A DNA stretch of 64,000 nt, taken from the NCBI GenBank assembly GCA_040954595.2, contig CM082588.2, forward strand, positions 11,979,398 to 12,043,397, in the 5' to 3' direction. Shown piece after piece: positions 42,001-55,005 of this stretch. How positions within the stretch are numbered: the stretch's first letter is position 1; every line of letters begins with the position of its first letter. The notes under the pieces are model-generated. The model did no database searches. It was not told where the DNA came from and saw only the letters and a program-made list of their open reading frames with translations. The DNA comes from Balanoglossus misakiensis. Its lineage: Eukaryota; Animalia; Hemichordata. A program made the position numbers and the translations under genes.

Positions 42001-45000
42001 TGGCCCGTTATGTGACCATTCTTTGAATTCCATTTATGATGTAAGAAATTAAATTATTTGCAATATTAATCTATCCCTTACAACATTCCAGCATAACTCT
42101 TTCCATATTTGTTTTCATTGTGTGACTGTTCCACTTAAATCTTGTAGAGAATTCGTTATTCCAAAACAAAGCCTTGAAACTATAACATAAGTCTTTTTAG
42201 TAAAACATATCCTGTTATGTGACCATTCTTTGAATTCATTTTATGATGTAAGAAATTAAATTATTTGCAATATTAATCTATCCCTTACAACATTCCAGCA
42301 TAACTCTTTCCATATTTGTTTTCATTCTGTGACTGTTCCACTTATATCTTGTAGAGAATTCGTTATTCCAAAACAAAGCCTTGAAACTATAACATAAGTC
42401 TTTTTTAGTAAAACATGGCCCGTTATGTGACCATTCTTTGAATTCCATTTATGCTGTAAGAAATTAAATTATTTGCAATATTAATCTATCCCTTACAACA
42501 TTCCGACATAACTCTTTCCATATTTGTTTTCATTCTGTGACTGTTCCACTTAAATCTTGTAGAGAATTCGTTATTCCAAAACAAAGGCTTGAAACTATAC
42601 ATATTCTGTTACGTGACCTTTCTTTGAATTCCATTTATGGTGTAAGAAATTAAATTTTTTGCAATATTAATCTATCCCTAACAACATTCCAGCATAACTC
42701 TTTTTAATTTGTTTTCATTCTGTGACTGTTCTACTTAAATCTTGTAGAGTATTCGTTATTCCAAAACAAAGCCTTGAAACTATACATATCCTATTACGTG
42801 ACATTTGTTTGAATTCCATTTATGATGTAAGAAATTAAATTATTTGCAATATTAATCTATTCCTTACAACATTCCGGCATAACTCTTTCCATATTTGTTT
42901 TCATTGTGTGACTGTTCCACTTAAATCTTGTAGAGAATTCGTTATTCCAAAACAAAGCCTTGAAACTATAACATAAGTCTTTTTAGTAAAACATATCCTG
43001 TTATGTGACCATTCTTTGAATTCATTTTATGATGTAAGAAATTAAATTATTTGCAATATTAATCTATCCCTTACAACATTCCAGCATAACTCTTTCCATA
43101 TTTGTTTTCATTCTGTAACTGTTCAACTTAAATCTTGGAGAGAATTCGTTATTCCAAAACAAAGCCTTGAAACTATACATAAGTCTTTTTAGTAAAACAT
43201 GGCCCGTTATGTGACCATTCTTTGAATTCCATTTATGATGTAAGAAATTAAATTATTTGCAATATTAATCTATCCCTTACAACATTCCGACATAACTCTT
43301 TCCATATTTGTTTTCATTCTGTGACTGTTCCACTTAAATCTTGTAGAGAATTCGTTATTCCAAAACAAAGGCTTGAAACTATACATATCCTGTTACGTGA
43401 CCTTTCTTTGAATTCCATTTATGGTGTAAGAAATTAATTTTTTTGCAATATTAATCTATCCCTTACAACATTCCAGCATAACTCTTTCCATACTTGTTTT
43501 CATTCTGTGACTGTTGTACTTAAATCTTGTAGAGTATTCGTTATTCCAAAACAAAGCCTTGAAACTATACATATCCTGTTACGTGACGTTTGTTTGAATT
43601 CCAATTATGATGTAAGAAATTAAATTATTTGCAATATTAATCTATTCCTTACAACATTCCGGCATAACTCTTTCCATATTTGTTTTCATTCTGTGACTGT
43701 TCCACTTAAATCTTGTAGAGAATTCGTTATTCCAAAACAAAGCCTTGAAACTATAACATAAGTCTTTTTAGTAAAACATATCCTGTTATGTGACCATTCT
43801 TTGAATTCCATTTATGATGTAAGAAATTAAATTATTTGCAATATTAATCTATCCCTTACAACATTCCGGCATAACTCTTTCCATATTTGTTTTCATTCTG
43901 TAACTGTTCAACTTAAATCTTGTAGAGAATTTGGTATTTCAACACAAATTCTTGAACCTATACATAATTCTTTTTAGTAAAACATATCCAGTTATGTGAC
44001 CATTCTTTGAATTCCATTTATGATGTAAGTAATTAAATTTTATGCAATATTAATCTATCCCTTACAACATTTCAGCATAACTCTTTCCATATTTGTTTTC
44101 ATTCTGTGACTGTTCCACTTAAATCTTGTAGAGAATTCGTTACTCCAAAACAAAGGCTTGAAACTATACATATCCTGTTACGTGACCTTTCTTTGAATTC
44201 CATTTATGATGTAAGAAATTAAATTATTTGCAATATTAATCTATTCCTTACAACATTCGGGCATAACTCTTTCCATATTTGTTTTCATTCTGTGACTGTT
44301 CCACTTAAATCTTGTAGAGAATTCGTTATTCCCAAACAAAGCCTTAAAACTATAACTTAAGTCTTTTAGTAAAACATGGCCCGTTATGTGACCATTCTTT
44401 GAATTCATTTTATGATGTAAGAAATTAAATTATTTGCAATATTAATCTATCCCTTACAACATTCCAGCATAACTCTTTCCATATTTGTTTTCATTCTGTG
44501 ACTAATCCACTTAAATCTTGTAGAGAATTCGTTATTCCAAAACAAAGCCTTGAAACTATACATAAGTCTTTATAGTAAAACATGGCCCGTTATGTGACCA
44601 TTCTTTGAATTCCATTTATGATGTAAGAAATTAAATTATTTGCAATATTAATCTATCCCTTACAACATTTCAGCATAACTCTTTCTATATTTGTTTTCAT
44701 TCTGTGACTGTTCCACTTAAATCTTGTAGAGAATTCGTTACTCCAAAACAAAGGCTTGAAACTATACATATCCTGTTACGTGACCTTTCTTTGAATTCCA
44801 TTTATGATGTAAGAAATTAAATTATTTGCAATGTTAATCTATTCCTTACAACATTCCGGCATAACTCTTTCCATATTTGTTTTCATTCTGTAACTGTTCA
44901 ACTTAAATCTTGGAGAGAATTCGTTATTCCAAAACAAAGCCTTGAAACTATAACATAAGTCTTTTTAGTAAAACATATCCTGTTATGTGACCATTCTTTG

Positions 45001-48000
45001 AATTCATTTTATGATGTAAGAAATTAAATTATTTGCAATATTAATCTATCCCTTACAACATTCCAGCATAACTCTTTCCATATTTGTTTTCATTCTGTAA
45101 CTGTTCAACTTAAATCTTGGAGAGAATTCGTTATTCCAAAACAAAGCCTTGAAACTATACATAAGTCTTTTTAGTAAAACATGGCCCGTTATGTGACCAT
45201 TCTTTGAATTCCATTTATGATGTAAGAAATTAAATTATTTGCAATATTAATCTATCCCTTACAACATTCCGACATAACTCTTTCCATATTTGTTTTCATT
45301 CTGTGACTGTTCCACTTAAATCTTGTAGAGAATTCGTTATTCCCAAACAAAGCCTTAAAACTATAACTTAAGTCTTTTAGTAAAACATGGCCCGTTATGT
45401 GACCATTCTTTGAATTCATTTTATGATGTAAGAAATTAAATTATTTGCAATATTAATCTATCCCTTACAACATTCCAGCATAACTCTTTCCATATTTGTT
45501 TTCATTCTGTGACTAATCCACTTAAATCTTGTAGAGAATTCGTTATTCCAAAACAAAGCCTTGAAACTATACATAAGTCTTTATAGTAAAACATGGCCCG
45601 TTATGTGACCATTCTTTGAATTCCATTTATGATGTAAGAAATTAAATTATTTGCAATATTAATCTATCCCTTACAACATTTCAGCATAACTCTTTCTATA
45701 TTTGTTTTCATTCTGTGACTGTTCCACTTAAATCTTGTAGAGAATTCGTTACTCCAAAACAAAGGCTTGAAACTATACATATCCTGTTACGTGACCTTTC
45801 TTTGAATTCCATTTATGATGTAAGAAATTAAATTATTTGCAATGTTAATCTATTCCTTACAACATTCCGGCATAACTCTTTCCATATTTGTTTTCATTCT
45901 GTAACTGTTCAACTTAAATCTTGGAGAGAATTCGTTATTCCAAAACAAAGCCTTGAAACTATAACATAAGTCTTTTTAGTAAAACATATCCTGTTATGTG
46001 ACCATTCTTTGAATTCATTTTATGATGTAAGAAATTAAATTATTTGCAATATTAATCTATCCCTTACAACATTCCAGCATAACTCTTTCCATATTTGTTT
46101 TCATTCTGTAACTGTTCAACTTAAATCTTGGAGAGAATTCGTTATTCCAAAACAAAGCCTTGAAACTATACATAAGTCTTTTTAGTAAAACATGGCCCGT
46201 TATGTGACCATTCTTTGAATTCCATTTATGATGTAAGAAATTAAATTATTTGCAATATTAATCTATCCCTTACAACATTCCGACATAACTCTTTCCATAT
46301 TTGTTTTCATTCTGTGACTGTTCCACTTAAATCTTGTAGAGAATTCGTTATTCCAAAACAAAGGCTTGAAACTATACATATCCTGTTACGTGACCTTTCT
46401 TTGAATTCCATTTATGGTGTAAGAAATTAATTTTTTTGCAATATTAATCTATCCCTTACAACATTCCAGCATAACTCTTTCCATACTTGTTTTCATTCTG
46501 TGACTGTTGTACTTAAATCTTGTAGAGTATTCGTTATTCCAAAACAAAGCCTTGAAACTATACATATCCTGTTACGTGACGTTTGTTTGAATTCCAATTA
46601 TGATGTAAGAAATTAAATTATTTGCAATATTAATCTATTCCTTACAACATTCCGGCATAACTCTTTCCATATTTGTTTTCATTCTGTGACTGTTCCACTT
46701 AAATCTTGTAGAGAATTCGTTATTCCAAAACAAAGCCTTGAAACTATAACATAAGTCTTTTTAGTAAAACATATCCTGTTATGTGACCATTCTTTGAATT
46801 CCATTTATGATGTAAGAAATTAAATTATTTGCAATATTAATCTATCCCTTACAACATTCCGGCATAACTCTTTCCATATTGTTTTCATTCTGTAACTGTT
46901 CAACTTAAATCTTGTAGAGAATTTGGTATTTCAACACAAATTCTTGAACCTATACATAATTCTTTTTAGTAAAACATATCCAGTTATGTGACCATTCTTT
47001 GAATTCCATTTATGATGTAAGTAATTAAATTTTATGCAATATTAATCTATCCCTTACAACATTTCAGCATAACTCTTTCCATATTTGTTTTCATTCTGTG
47101 ACTGTTCCACTTAAATCTTGTAGAGAATTCGTTACTCCAAAACAAAGGCTTGAAACTATACATATCCTGTTACGTGACCTTTCTTTGAATTCCATTTATG
47201 ATGTAAGAAATTAAATTATTTGCAATATTAATCTATTCCTTACAACATTCGGGCATAACTCTTTCCATATTTGTTTTCATTCTGTGACTGTTCCACTTAA
47301 ATCTTGTAGAGAATTCGTTATTCCCAAACAAAGCCTTAAAACTATAACTTAAGTCTTTTAGTAAAACATGGCCCGTTATGTGACCATTCTTTGAATTCAT
47401 TTTATGATGTAAGAAATTAAATTATTTGCAATATTAATCTATCCCTTACAACATTCCAGCATAACTCTTTCCATATTTGTTTTCATTCTGTGACTAATCC
47501 ACTTAAATCTTGTAGAGAATTCGTTATTCCAAAACAAAGCCTTGAAACTATACATAAGTCTTTATAGTAAAACATGGCCCGTTATGTGACCATTCTTTGA
47601 ATTCCATTTATGATGTAAGAAATTAAATTATTTGCAATATTAATCTATCCCTTACAACATTTCAGCATAACTCTTTCTATATTTGTTTTCATTCTGTGAC
47701 TGTTCCACTTAAATCTTGTAGAGAATTCGTTACTCCAAAACAAAGGCTTGAAACTATACATATCCTGTTACGTGACCTTTCTTTGAATTCCATTTATGAT
47801 GTAAGAAATTAAATTATTTGCAATGTTAATCTATTCCTTACAACATTCCGGCATAACTCTTTCCATATTTGTTTTCATTCTGTGACTGTTCCACTTATAT
47901 CTTGTAGAGAATTCGTTATTCCAAAACAAAGCCTTGAAACTATAACATAAGTCTTTTTTAGTAAAACATGGCCCTTTATGTGACCATTCTTTGAATTCCA

Positions 48001-51000
48001 TTTATGCTGTAAGAAATTAAATTATTTGCAATATTAATCTATCCCTTACAACATTCCGACATAACTCTTTCCATATTTGTTTTCATTCTGTGACTGTTCC
48101 ACTTAAATCTTGTAGAGAATTCGTTATTCCAAAACAAAGGCTTGAAACTATACATATTCTGTTACGTGACCTTTCTTTGAATTCCATTTATGGTGTAAGA
48201 AATTAAATTTTTTGCAATATTAATCTATCCCTTACAACATTCCAGCATAACTCTTTTTAATTTGTTTTCATTCTGTGACTGTTCTACTTAAATCTTGTAG
48301 AGTATTCGTTATTCCAAAACAAAGCCTTGAAACTATACATATCCTATTACGTGACATTTGTTTGAATTCCATTTATGATGTAAGAAATTAAATTATTTGC
48401 AATATTAATCTATTCCTTACAACATTCCGGCATAACTCTTTCCATATTTGTTTTCATTCTGTGACTGTTCCACTTAAATCTTGTAGAGAATTCGTTATTC
48501 CAAAACAAATCCTTGAAACTATAACATAAGTCTTTTTAGTAAAACATATCCTGTTATGTGACCATTCTTTGAATTCATTTTATGATGTAAGAAATTAAAT
48601 TATTTGCAATATTAATCTATCCCTTACAACATTCCAGCATAACTCTTTCCATATTTGTTTTCATTCTGTAACTGTTCAACTTAAATCTTGGAGAGAATTC
48701 GTTATTCCAAAACAAAGCCTTGAAACTATACATAAGTCTTTTTAGTAAAACATGGCCCGTTATGTGACCATTCTTTGAATTCCATTTATGATGTAAGAAA
48801 TTAAATTATTTGCAATATTAATCTATCCCTTACAACATTCCGACATAACTCTTTCCATATTTGTTTTCATTCTGTGACTGTTCCACTTAAATCTTGTAGA
48901 GAATTTGTTATTCCAAAACAAAGGCTTGAAACTATACATATCCTGTTATGTGACCTTTCTTTGAATTCCATTTATGATGTAAGAAATTAAATTATTTGCA
49001 ATATTAATCTATTCCTTACAACATTCGGGCATAACTCTTTCCATATTTGTTTTCATTCTGTGACTGTTCCACTTAAATCTTGTAGAGAATTCGTTATTCC
49101 AAAACAAAGCCTTGAAACTATAACATAAGTCTTTTTAGTAAAACATATCCTATGTGACCATCCTTTGAATTCCATTTATGATGTAAGAAATTAAATTATT
49201 TGCAATATTAATCTATCCTTTACAACATTCCAGCATAACTCTTTCCATATTTGTTTTCATTCTGTAACTGTTCAACTTAAATCTTGTAGAGAATTTGGTA
49301 TTTCAACACAAATTCTTGAACCTATACATAATTCTTTTTAGTAAAACATATCCAGTTATGTGACCATTCTTTGAATTCCATTTATGATGTAAGTAATTAA
49401 ATTTTATGCAATATTAATCTATCCCTTACAACATTTCAGCATAACTCTTTCCATATTTGTTTTCATTCTGTGACTGTTCCACTTAAATCTTGTAGAGAAT
49501 TCGTTACTCCAAAACAAAAGCTTGAAACTATACATATCCTGTTACGTGACCTTTCTTTGAATTCCATTTATGATGTAAGAAATTAAATTATTTGCAATAT
49601 TAATCTATTCCTTACAACATTCCGGCATAACTCTTTCCATATTTGTTTTCATTCTGTGACTGTTCCACTTAAATCTTGTAGAGAATTCGTTATTCCAAAA
49701 CAAAGCCTTCAAACTATACATATTAAGTCTTTTTAGTAAAACATGGCCCGTTATGTGACCATTCTTTGAATTTCATTTATGATGTGAGAAATTAAATTAT
49801 TTGCAATATTAAACTATCCCTTACAACATTCAAGCATAACTATTTGAATATTTGTTTTCATTCTGTAACTGTTCAACTTAAATCTTGGAGAGAATTCGTT
49901 ATTCCAAAACAAAGCCTTGAAACTATACATAAGTCTTTTTAGTAAAACATGGCCCGTTATGTGACCATTCTTTGAATTCCATTTATGATGTAAGAAATTA
50001 AATTATTTGCAATATTAATCTATCCCTTACAACATTCCGACATAACTCTTTCCATATTTGTTTTCATTCTGTGACTGTTCCACTTAAATCTTGTAGAGAA
50101 TTTGGTATTTCAACACAAATTCTTGAACCTATACATAAGTCTTTTTAGTAAAACATATTCAGTTATGTGACCATTCTTTGAATTCCATTTATGATGTAAG
50201 AAATTAAATTTTATGCAATATTATTCTATCCCTTACAACATTTCAGCATAACTCTTTCCATATTTGTTTTCATTCTGTGACTGTTCCACTTAAATCTTGT
50301 AGAGTATTCGTTATTCCAAAACAAAGCCTTGATACTATACATATCCTGTTACGTGACCTTTCTTTGAATTCCATTTATGATGTAAGAAATTAAATTATTT
50401 GCAATATTAATCTATTCCTTACAACATTCCGGCATAACTCTTTCCATATTTGTTTTCATTCTGTGACTGTTCCACTTAAATCTTGTAGAGAATTCGTTAT
50501 TCCAAAACAAAGCCTTGAAACTATAACATAAGTCTTTTTAGTAAAACATATCCTATGTGACCATTCTTTGAATTCCATTTATGATGTAAGAAATTAAATT
50601 ATTTGCAATATTAATCTATCCCTTACAACATTCCAGCATAACTCTTTCCATATTTGTTTTCATTCTGTAACTGTTCAACTTAAATCTTGTAGAGAATTTG
50701 GTATTTCAACACAAATTCTTGAACCTATACATAATTCTTTTTAGTAAAACATATCCAGTTATGTGACCATTCTTTGAATTCCATTTATGATGTAAGTAAT
50801 TAAATTTTATGCAATATTAATCTATCCCTTACAACATTTCAGCATAACTCTTTCCATATTTGTTTTCATTCTGTGACTGTTCCACTTAAATCTTGTAGAG
50901 AATTCGTTACTCCAAAACAAAAGCTTGAAACTATACATATCCTGTTACGTGACCTTTCTTTGAATTCCATTTATGATGTAAGAAATTAAATTATTTGCAA

Positions 51001-52739
51001 TATTAATCTATTCCTTACAACATTCCGGCATAACTCTTTCCATATTTGTTTTCATTCTGTGACTGTTCCACTTAAATCTTGTAGAGAATTCGTTATTCCA
51101 AAACAAAGCCTTCAATCTATACATATTAAGTCTTTTTAGTAAAACATGGCTTGTTATGTGACCATTCTTTGAATTTCATTTATGATGTGAGAAATTAAAT
51201 TATTTGCAATATTAAACTATCCCTTACAACATTCGAGCATAACTATTTGAATATTTGTTTTCATTCTGTAACTGTTCAACTTAAATCTTGTACAGAATTT
51301 GGTATTTCAACACAAATTCTTGAACCTATACATAAGTCTTTTTAGTAAAACATATCCAGGTATGTGACCATTCTTTGAATTCCATTTATTATGTAAGAAA
51401 TTAAATTTTATGCAATATTATTCTATCCCTTACAACATTTCAGCATAACTCTTTCCATATTTGTTTTCATTCTGTGACTGTTCCACTTAAATCTTGTAGA
51501 GAATTCGTTACTCCAAAACAAAGGCTTGAAACTATACATATCCTGTTACGTGACCTTTCTTTGAATTCCATTTATGATGTAAGAAATTAAATTATTTGCA
51601 ATATTAATCTATTCCTTACAACATTCCAGCATAACTCTTTCCATATTTGTTTTCATTCTGTGACTGCTCTACTTAAATCTTGTAGAGTATTCGTTATTCC
51701 AAAACAAAGCCTTGAAACTATACATATCCTGTTACGTGACGTTTGTTTGAATTCCATTTATGATGTAAGAAATTAAATTATTTGCAATATTAATCTATTC
51801 CTTACAACATTCCGGCATAACTCTTTCCATATTTGTTTTCATTCTGTGACTGTTCCACTTAAATCTTGTAGAGAATTCGTTATTCCAAAACAAAGCCTTG
51901 AAACTATAACATAAGTCTTTTTAGTAAAACATATCCTGTTATGTGACCATTCTTTGAATTCCATTTATGATGTAAGAAATTAAATTATTTGCAATATTAA
52001 TCTATCCCTTACAACATTCCGGCATAACTCTTTCCATATTTGTTTTCATTCTGTAACTGTTCAACTTAAATCTTGTAGAGAATTTGGTATTTCAACACAA
52101 ATTCTTGAACCTATACATAATTCTTTTTAGTAAAACATATCCAGTTATGTGACCATTCTTTGAATTCCATTTATGATGTAAGTAATTAAATTTTATGCAA
52201 TATTAATCTATCCCTTACAACATTTCAGCATAACTCTTTCCATATTTGTTTTCATTCTGTGACTGTTCCACTTAAATCTTGTAGAGAATTCGTTACTCCA
52301 AAACAAAAGCTTGAAACTATACATATCCTGTTACGTGACCTTTCTTTGAATTCCATTTATGATGTAAGAAATTAAATTATTTGCAATATTAATCTATTCC
52401 TTACAACATTCCGGCATAATTCTTTCCATATTTGTTTTCATTCTGTGACTGTTCCACTTAAATCTTGTAGAGAATTCGTTATTCCAAAACAAAGCCTTGA
52501 AACTATAACATAAGTCTTTTTAGTAAAACATATCCTGTTATGTGACCATTCTTTGAATTCCATTTATGATGTAAGAAATTAAATTATTTGCAATATTAAT
52601 CTATCCCTTACAACATTCCGACATAACTCTTTCCATATTTGTTTTCATTCTGTGACTGTTCCACTTAAATCTTGTAGAGAATTTGGTATTTCAACACAAA
52701 TTCTTGAACCTATACATAAGTCTTTTTAGTAAAACATAT
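18026..52739 (+). repeat. Satellite array, segment 2, with local higher-order repeats
   Basis: Same monomer and orientation, resuming in register after the HINE. Contains 186, 206, 207, 209 and 223-bp variants. Confidence 0.98.
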
Positions 52740-53330
52740 TGTGATGGAAATTCTACATGTTGTCATTCTCATTTACCTGACGTTATTACCAGTGCCATAG
52801 ATTGTTCTGCCTTCGTATACAGATAACTGGTGGCGTTCTTTATAACGCGAGTTTATGCATGCTTGTTCAGAAAAGAGTACTTCAATTCGATTGTTCTAGT
52901 GTTGTGTTCGTTTGACCAAATACAGTTTGTTGCCTTTCCCTATAAAATGACAGGGACACGCCTTCCCGTCGACTTTCGGCCAATGGCAGTGGGAGGCTCA
53001 TGTCACCTGACCTGTCAAGGGATGCGTCGTTTTCACTCGTGCTTAGGAGAAGTGGTGAGATTGGACCTGTAACCTGCTGAGGTCGGACGTTTTTGTCGAC
53101 CGTCTTAGTAATACATTGAGTTTCTTTTATTGCTGCTATTTGTGTTGTGCGTTATTACTTCGCCCTTTCTGGGAGACCCATTGTATCAAGGTTGAGCTGG
53201 GCCCGCGATTGGCGTACGCTACCGAGACAACTATTTTGGTGTGTGGAGCTCACCAGTCTATCCGCGTGGATTCGAACCGTGACGGGCGTTTGTTGCGGAC
53301 CCGCGTAGCTAGAAATATAATTCCGCGACA
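52740..53330 (+). repeat. 5' LTR
   Basis: TGTGATGG...CCGCGACA, repeated at offset 6826. Confidence 0.97.
52941..52947 (+). promoter_or_regulatory. Putative TATA box of the LTR promoter
   Basis: TATAAAA about 200 bp into the LTR, present in both LTRs; motif match only. Confidence 0.5.
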
Positions 53331-53331
53331 T

Positions 53332-53354
53332 TGGTTGGCAGCGGTCGGATTCGA
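53332..53354 (+). promoter_or_regulatory. Primer-binding site, tRNA-Leu-like
   Basis: TGGTTGGCAGCGGTCGGATTCGA, 1 nt after the LTR. It resembles the complement of the animal tRNA-Leu 3' end (TGGTGGCAGCGGTGGGATTCGA) with one extra T and one mismatch. Confidence 0.8.
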
Positions 53355-53553
53355 CTTGGTGGTGGTTTACAGTCATTTTGACGGATCAAAATAAGGTTGG
53401 TACTGGCCCGTGTATTTTGTGTGTGAGAACCGAGTCAGGAATAAAGACGTTGTTGCGACTGTCGCTATCGCTGTTGAAATTTAGCGAGGGAATATTCGGA
53501 TCGAACGGCCGGGGTTATTTTTGTCTTCTTGGTGTCGGTTCCTGGTTGGTTCG

Positions 53554-55005
53554 ATGGCTAGTAAGGAGGGTTTAGATAGTGAGGTCGTATTCAACATCGA
53601 CTCGGGTATCGCAACTGGTACACGCGAGCAGGCCAGCAGTACACCACTGTCGAGTGGTGATAGGAGAGATTTGAATGCTTGGAAAGATGCGTTATGTGAG
53701 GAACAAGGGAGACTTGAGAAGGAAAATGTTGAATTGCAAAAGGCATGGGAATCTTTTCATTTAGCAGAATCGAGTACAAAGAAGGATTCTGATGTGTCTA
53801 GAAAAAGGCGGGAAGAATCGCCAGCGCGCGAGAAATTGTTTTTGCAACAATTCGAAACACCTGCAGTTTCCGTTGCTAAGGAAGAATGTTGCGTTGGTAT
53901 GGAAATAACCCCTGACCCCCAAAAGGGAGTCATTCATGCCAGCCAGCGCCACGTGGACAACAGTCCACGTTCTTATAGTTCTATGGAAGTCAACACTTCT
54001 CGTTCTCCAGTAGGCCTATCTGACGAATACGCGGGCAAATGTAGACGCGCGGCTTCTAACAAAACGAGTGAAATGTTTCCCGATCTTCCAGCGGAAACAG
54101 TACACACTAGAACGAGGGCATGGGTAGATGAACAAACCCTGCCTTCAAAGCATGGTGCTTATCGCTCTAGACTTATACCTGAACGGTATTCTGGCGATGT
54201 TTCTTGGGATATATATAAGATTCACTTTACCATATACTGCGATATGCATAAATTGAATGAGAGAGAGCGCAAAGAGTATTTGCTTGCAATGTTAACAGGT
54301 CCTGCGCTGCAACTTCTGAATTATGTGGATATTCAGCAGTTGACCTACCAACAACTGTGTGAGCGGCTTGCTGCACGTTTTGGGTCAATCGGAAAAAGAG
54401 ATATCTGTCGACTGCGTCTGAAACAGCGGCAGCGTAACGAAGGCGAGAGTTTACAAAGTTTGGCTCAAGATATAAGAGAGCTTGTAGCTGTTGCATATCC
54501 AGAGACAAAAGGCGACATGTTTGAACAACTTTGTATAGATGCATACTTCAATGCGGTTGACGTTCCAGAAGTATGTAGAAAGATAAATGAAGCAGCCCGA
54601 AAACAAGGGTGCACATTCGATGATGTTATCAGAGAAAGTATCCATGAAGAAAATTATTTGATGTTATCCGGATCGTTGCCGAACACCAATACTAGAAAGC
54701 GTGCTGGTGTCAAGGCTGTGGGGGAACATGAGGGTGCCACCAGTGTGTTGTCTGAGATGACAGCAGCAATGGCTAAAATACAACAAAATATGGAAATGTT
54801 GAAAGGGGAGATTTCAGCCCTTAAGGTCAATAAATCTACTGAAGGTCAAAGTTCAACGGGTAGTAAGAAGGGAAATCCTACACCCAGGGTGTGCTACCAG
54901 TGTGGTCAGCCAGGGCATATTCGCAGGTACTGCCCATTGTTGAAACCCCAATATCCGTTAAACTTGGGTGGACTGGGCGTACAGCCCAACCCCCAGTCCC
55001 AATAA
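53554..55005 (+). CDS. gag: Gag polyprotein with CCHC zinc knuckle
   Basis: First ATG of ORF 53521..55005 is at 53554. Capsid-like PERYSGDVSWDIY...LTGPALQ...RQRNEGESLQSLAQDIREL; knuckle CYQCGQPGHIRRYC. Confidence 0.92.
   Translation: MASKEGLDSEVVFNIDSGIATGTREQASSTPLSSGDRRDLNAWKDALCEEQGRLEKENVELQKAWESFHLAESSTKKDSDVSRKRREESPAREKLFLQQFETPAVSVAKEECCVGMEITPDPQKGVIHASQRHVDNSPRSYSSMEVNTSRSPVGLSDEYAGKCRRAASNKTSEMFPDLPAETVHTRTRAWVDEQTLPSKHGAYRSRLIPERYSGDVSWDIYKIHFTIYCDMHKLNERERKEYLLAMLTGPALQLLNYVDIQQLTYQQLCERLAARFGSIGKRDICRLRLKQRQRNEGESLQSLAQDIRELVAVAYPETKGDMFEQLCIDAYFNAVDVPEVCRKINEAARKQGCTFDDVIRESIHEENYLMLSGSLPNTNTRKRAGVKAVGEHEGATSVLSEMTAAMAKIQQNMEMLKGEISALKVNKSTEGQSSTGSKKGNPTPRVCYQCGQPGHIRRYCPLLKPQYPLNLGGLGVQPNPQSQ

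Noticed and set aside
53332-53354. tRNA gene
   Set aside because: Only a ~22-nt complement of a tRNA 3' end, i.e. a primer-binding site.
52830-53394. ORFs inside the LTRs (also 59656-60190)
   Set aside because: No recognisable domain; duplicated only because the LTRs are.
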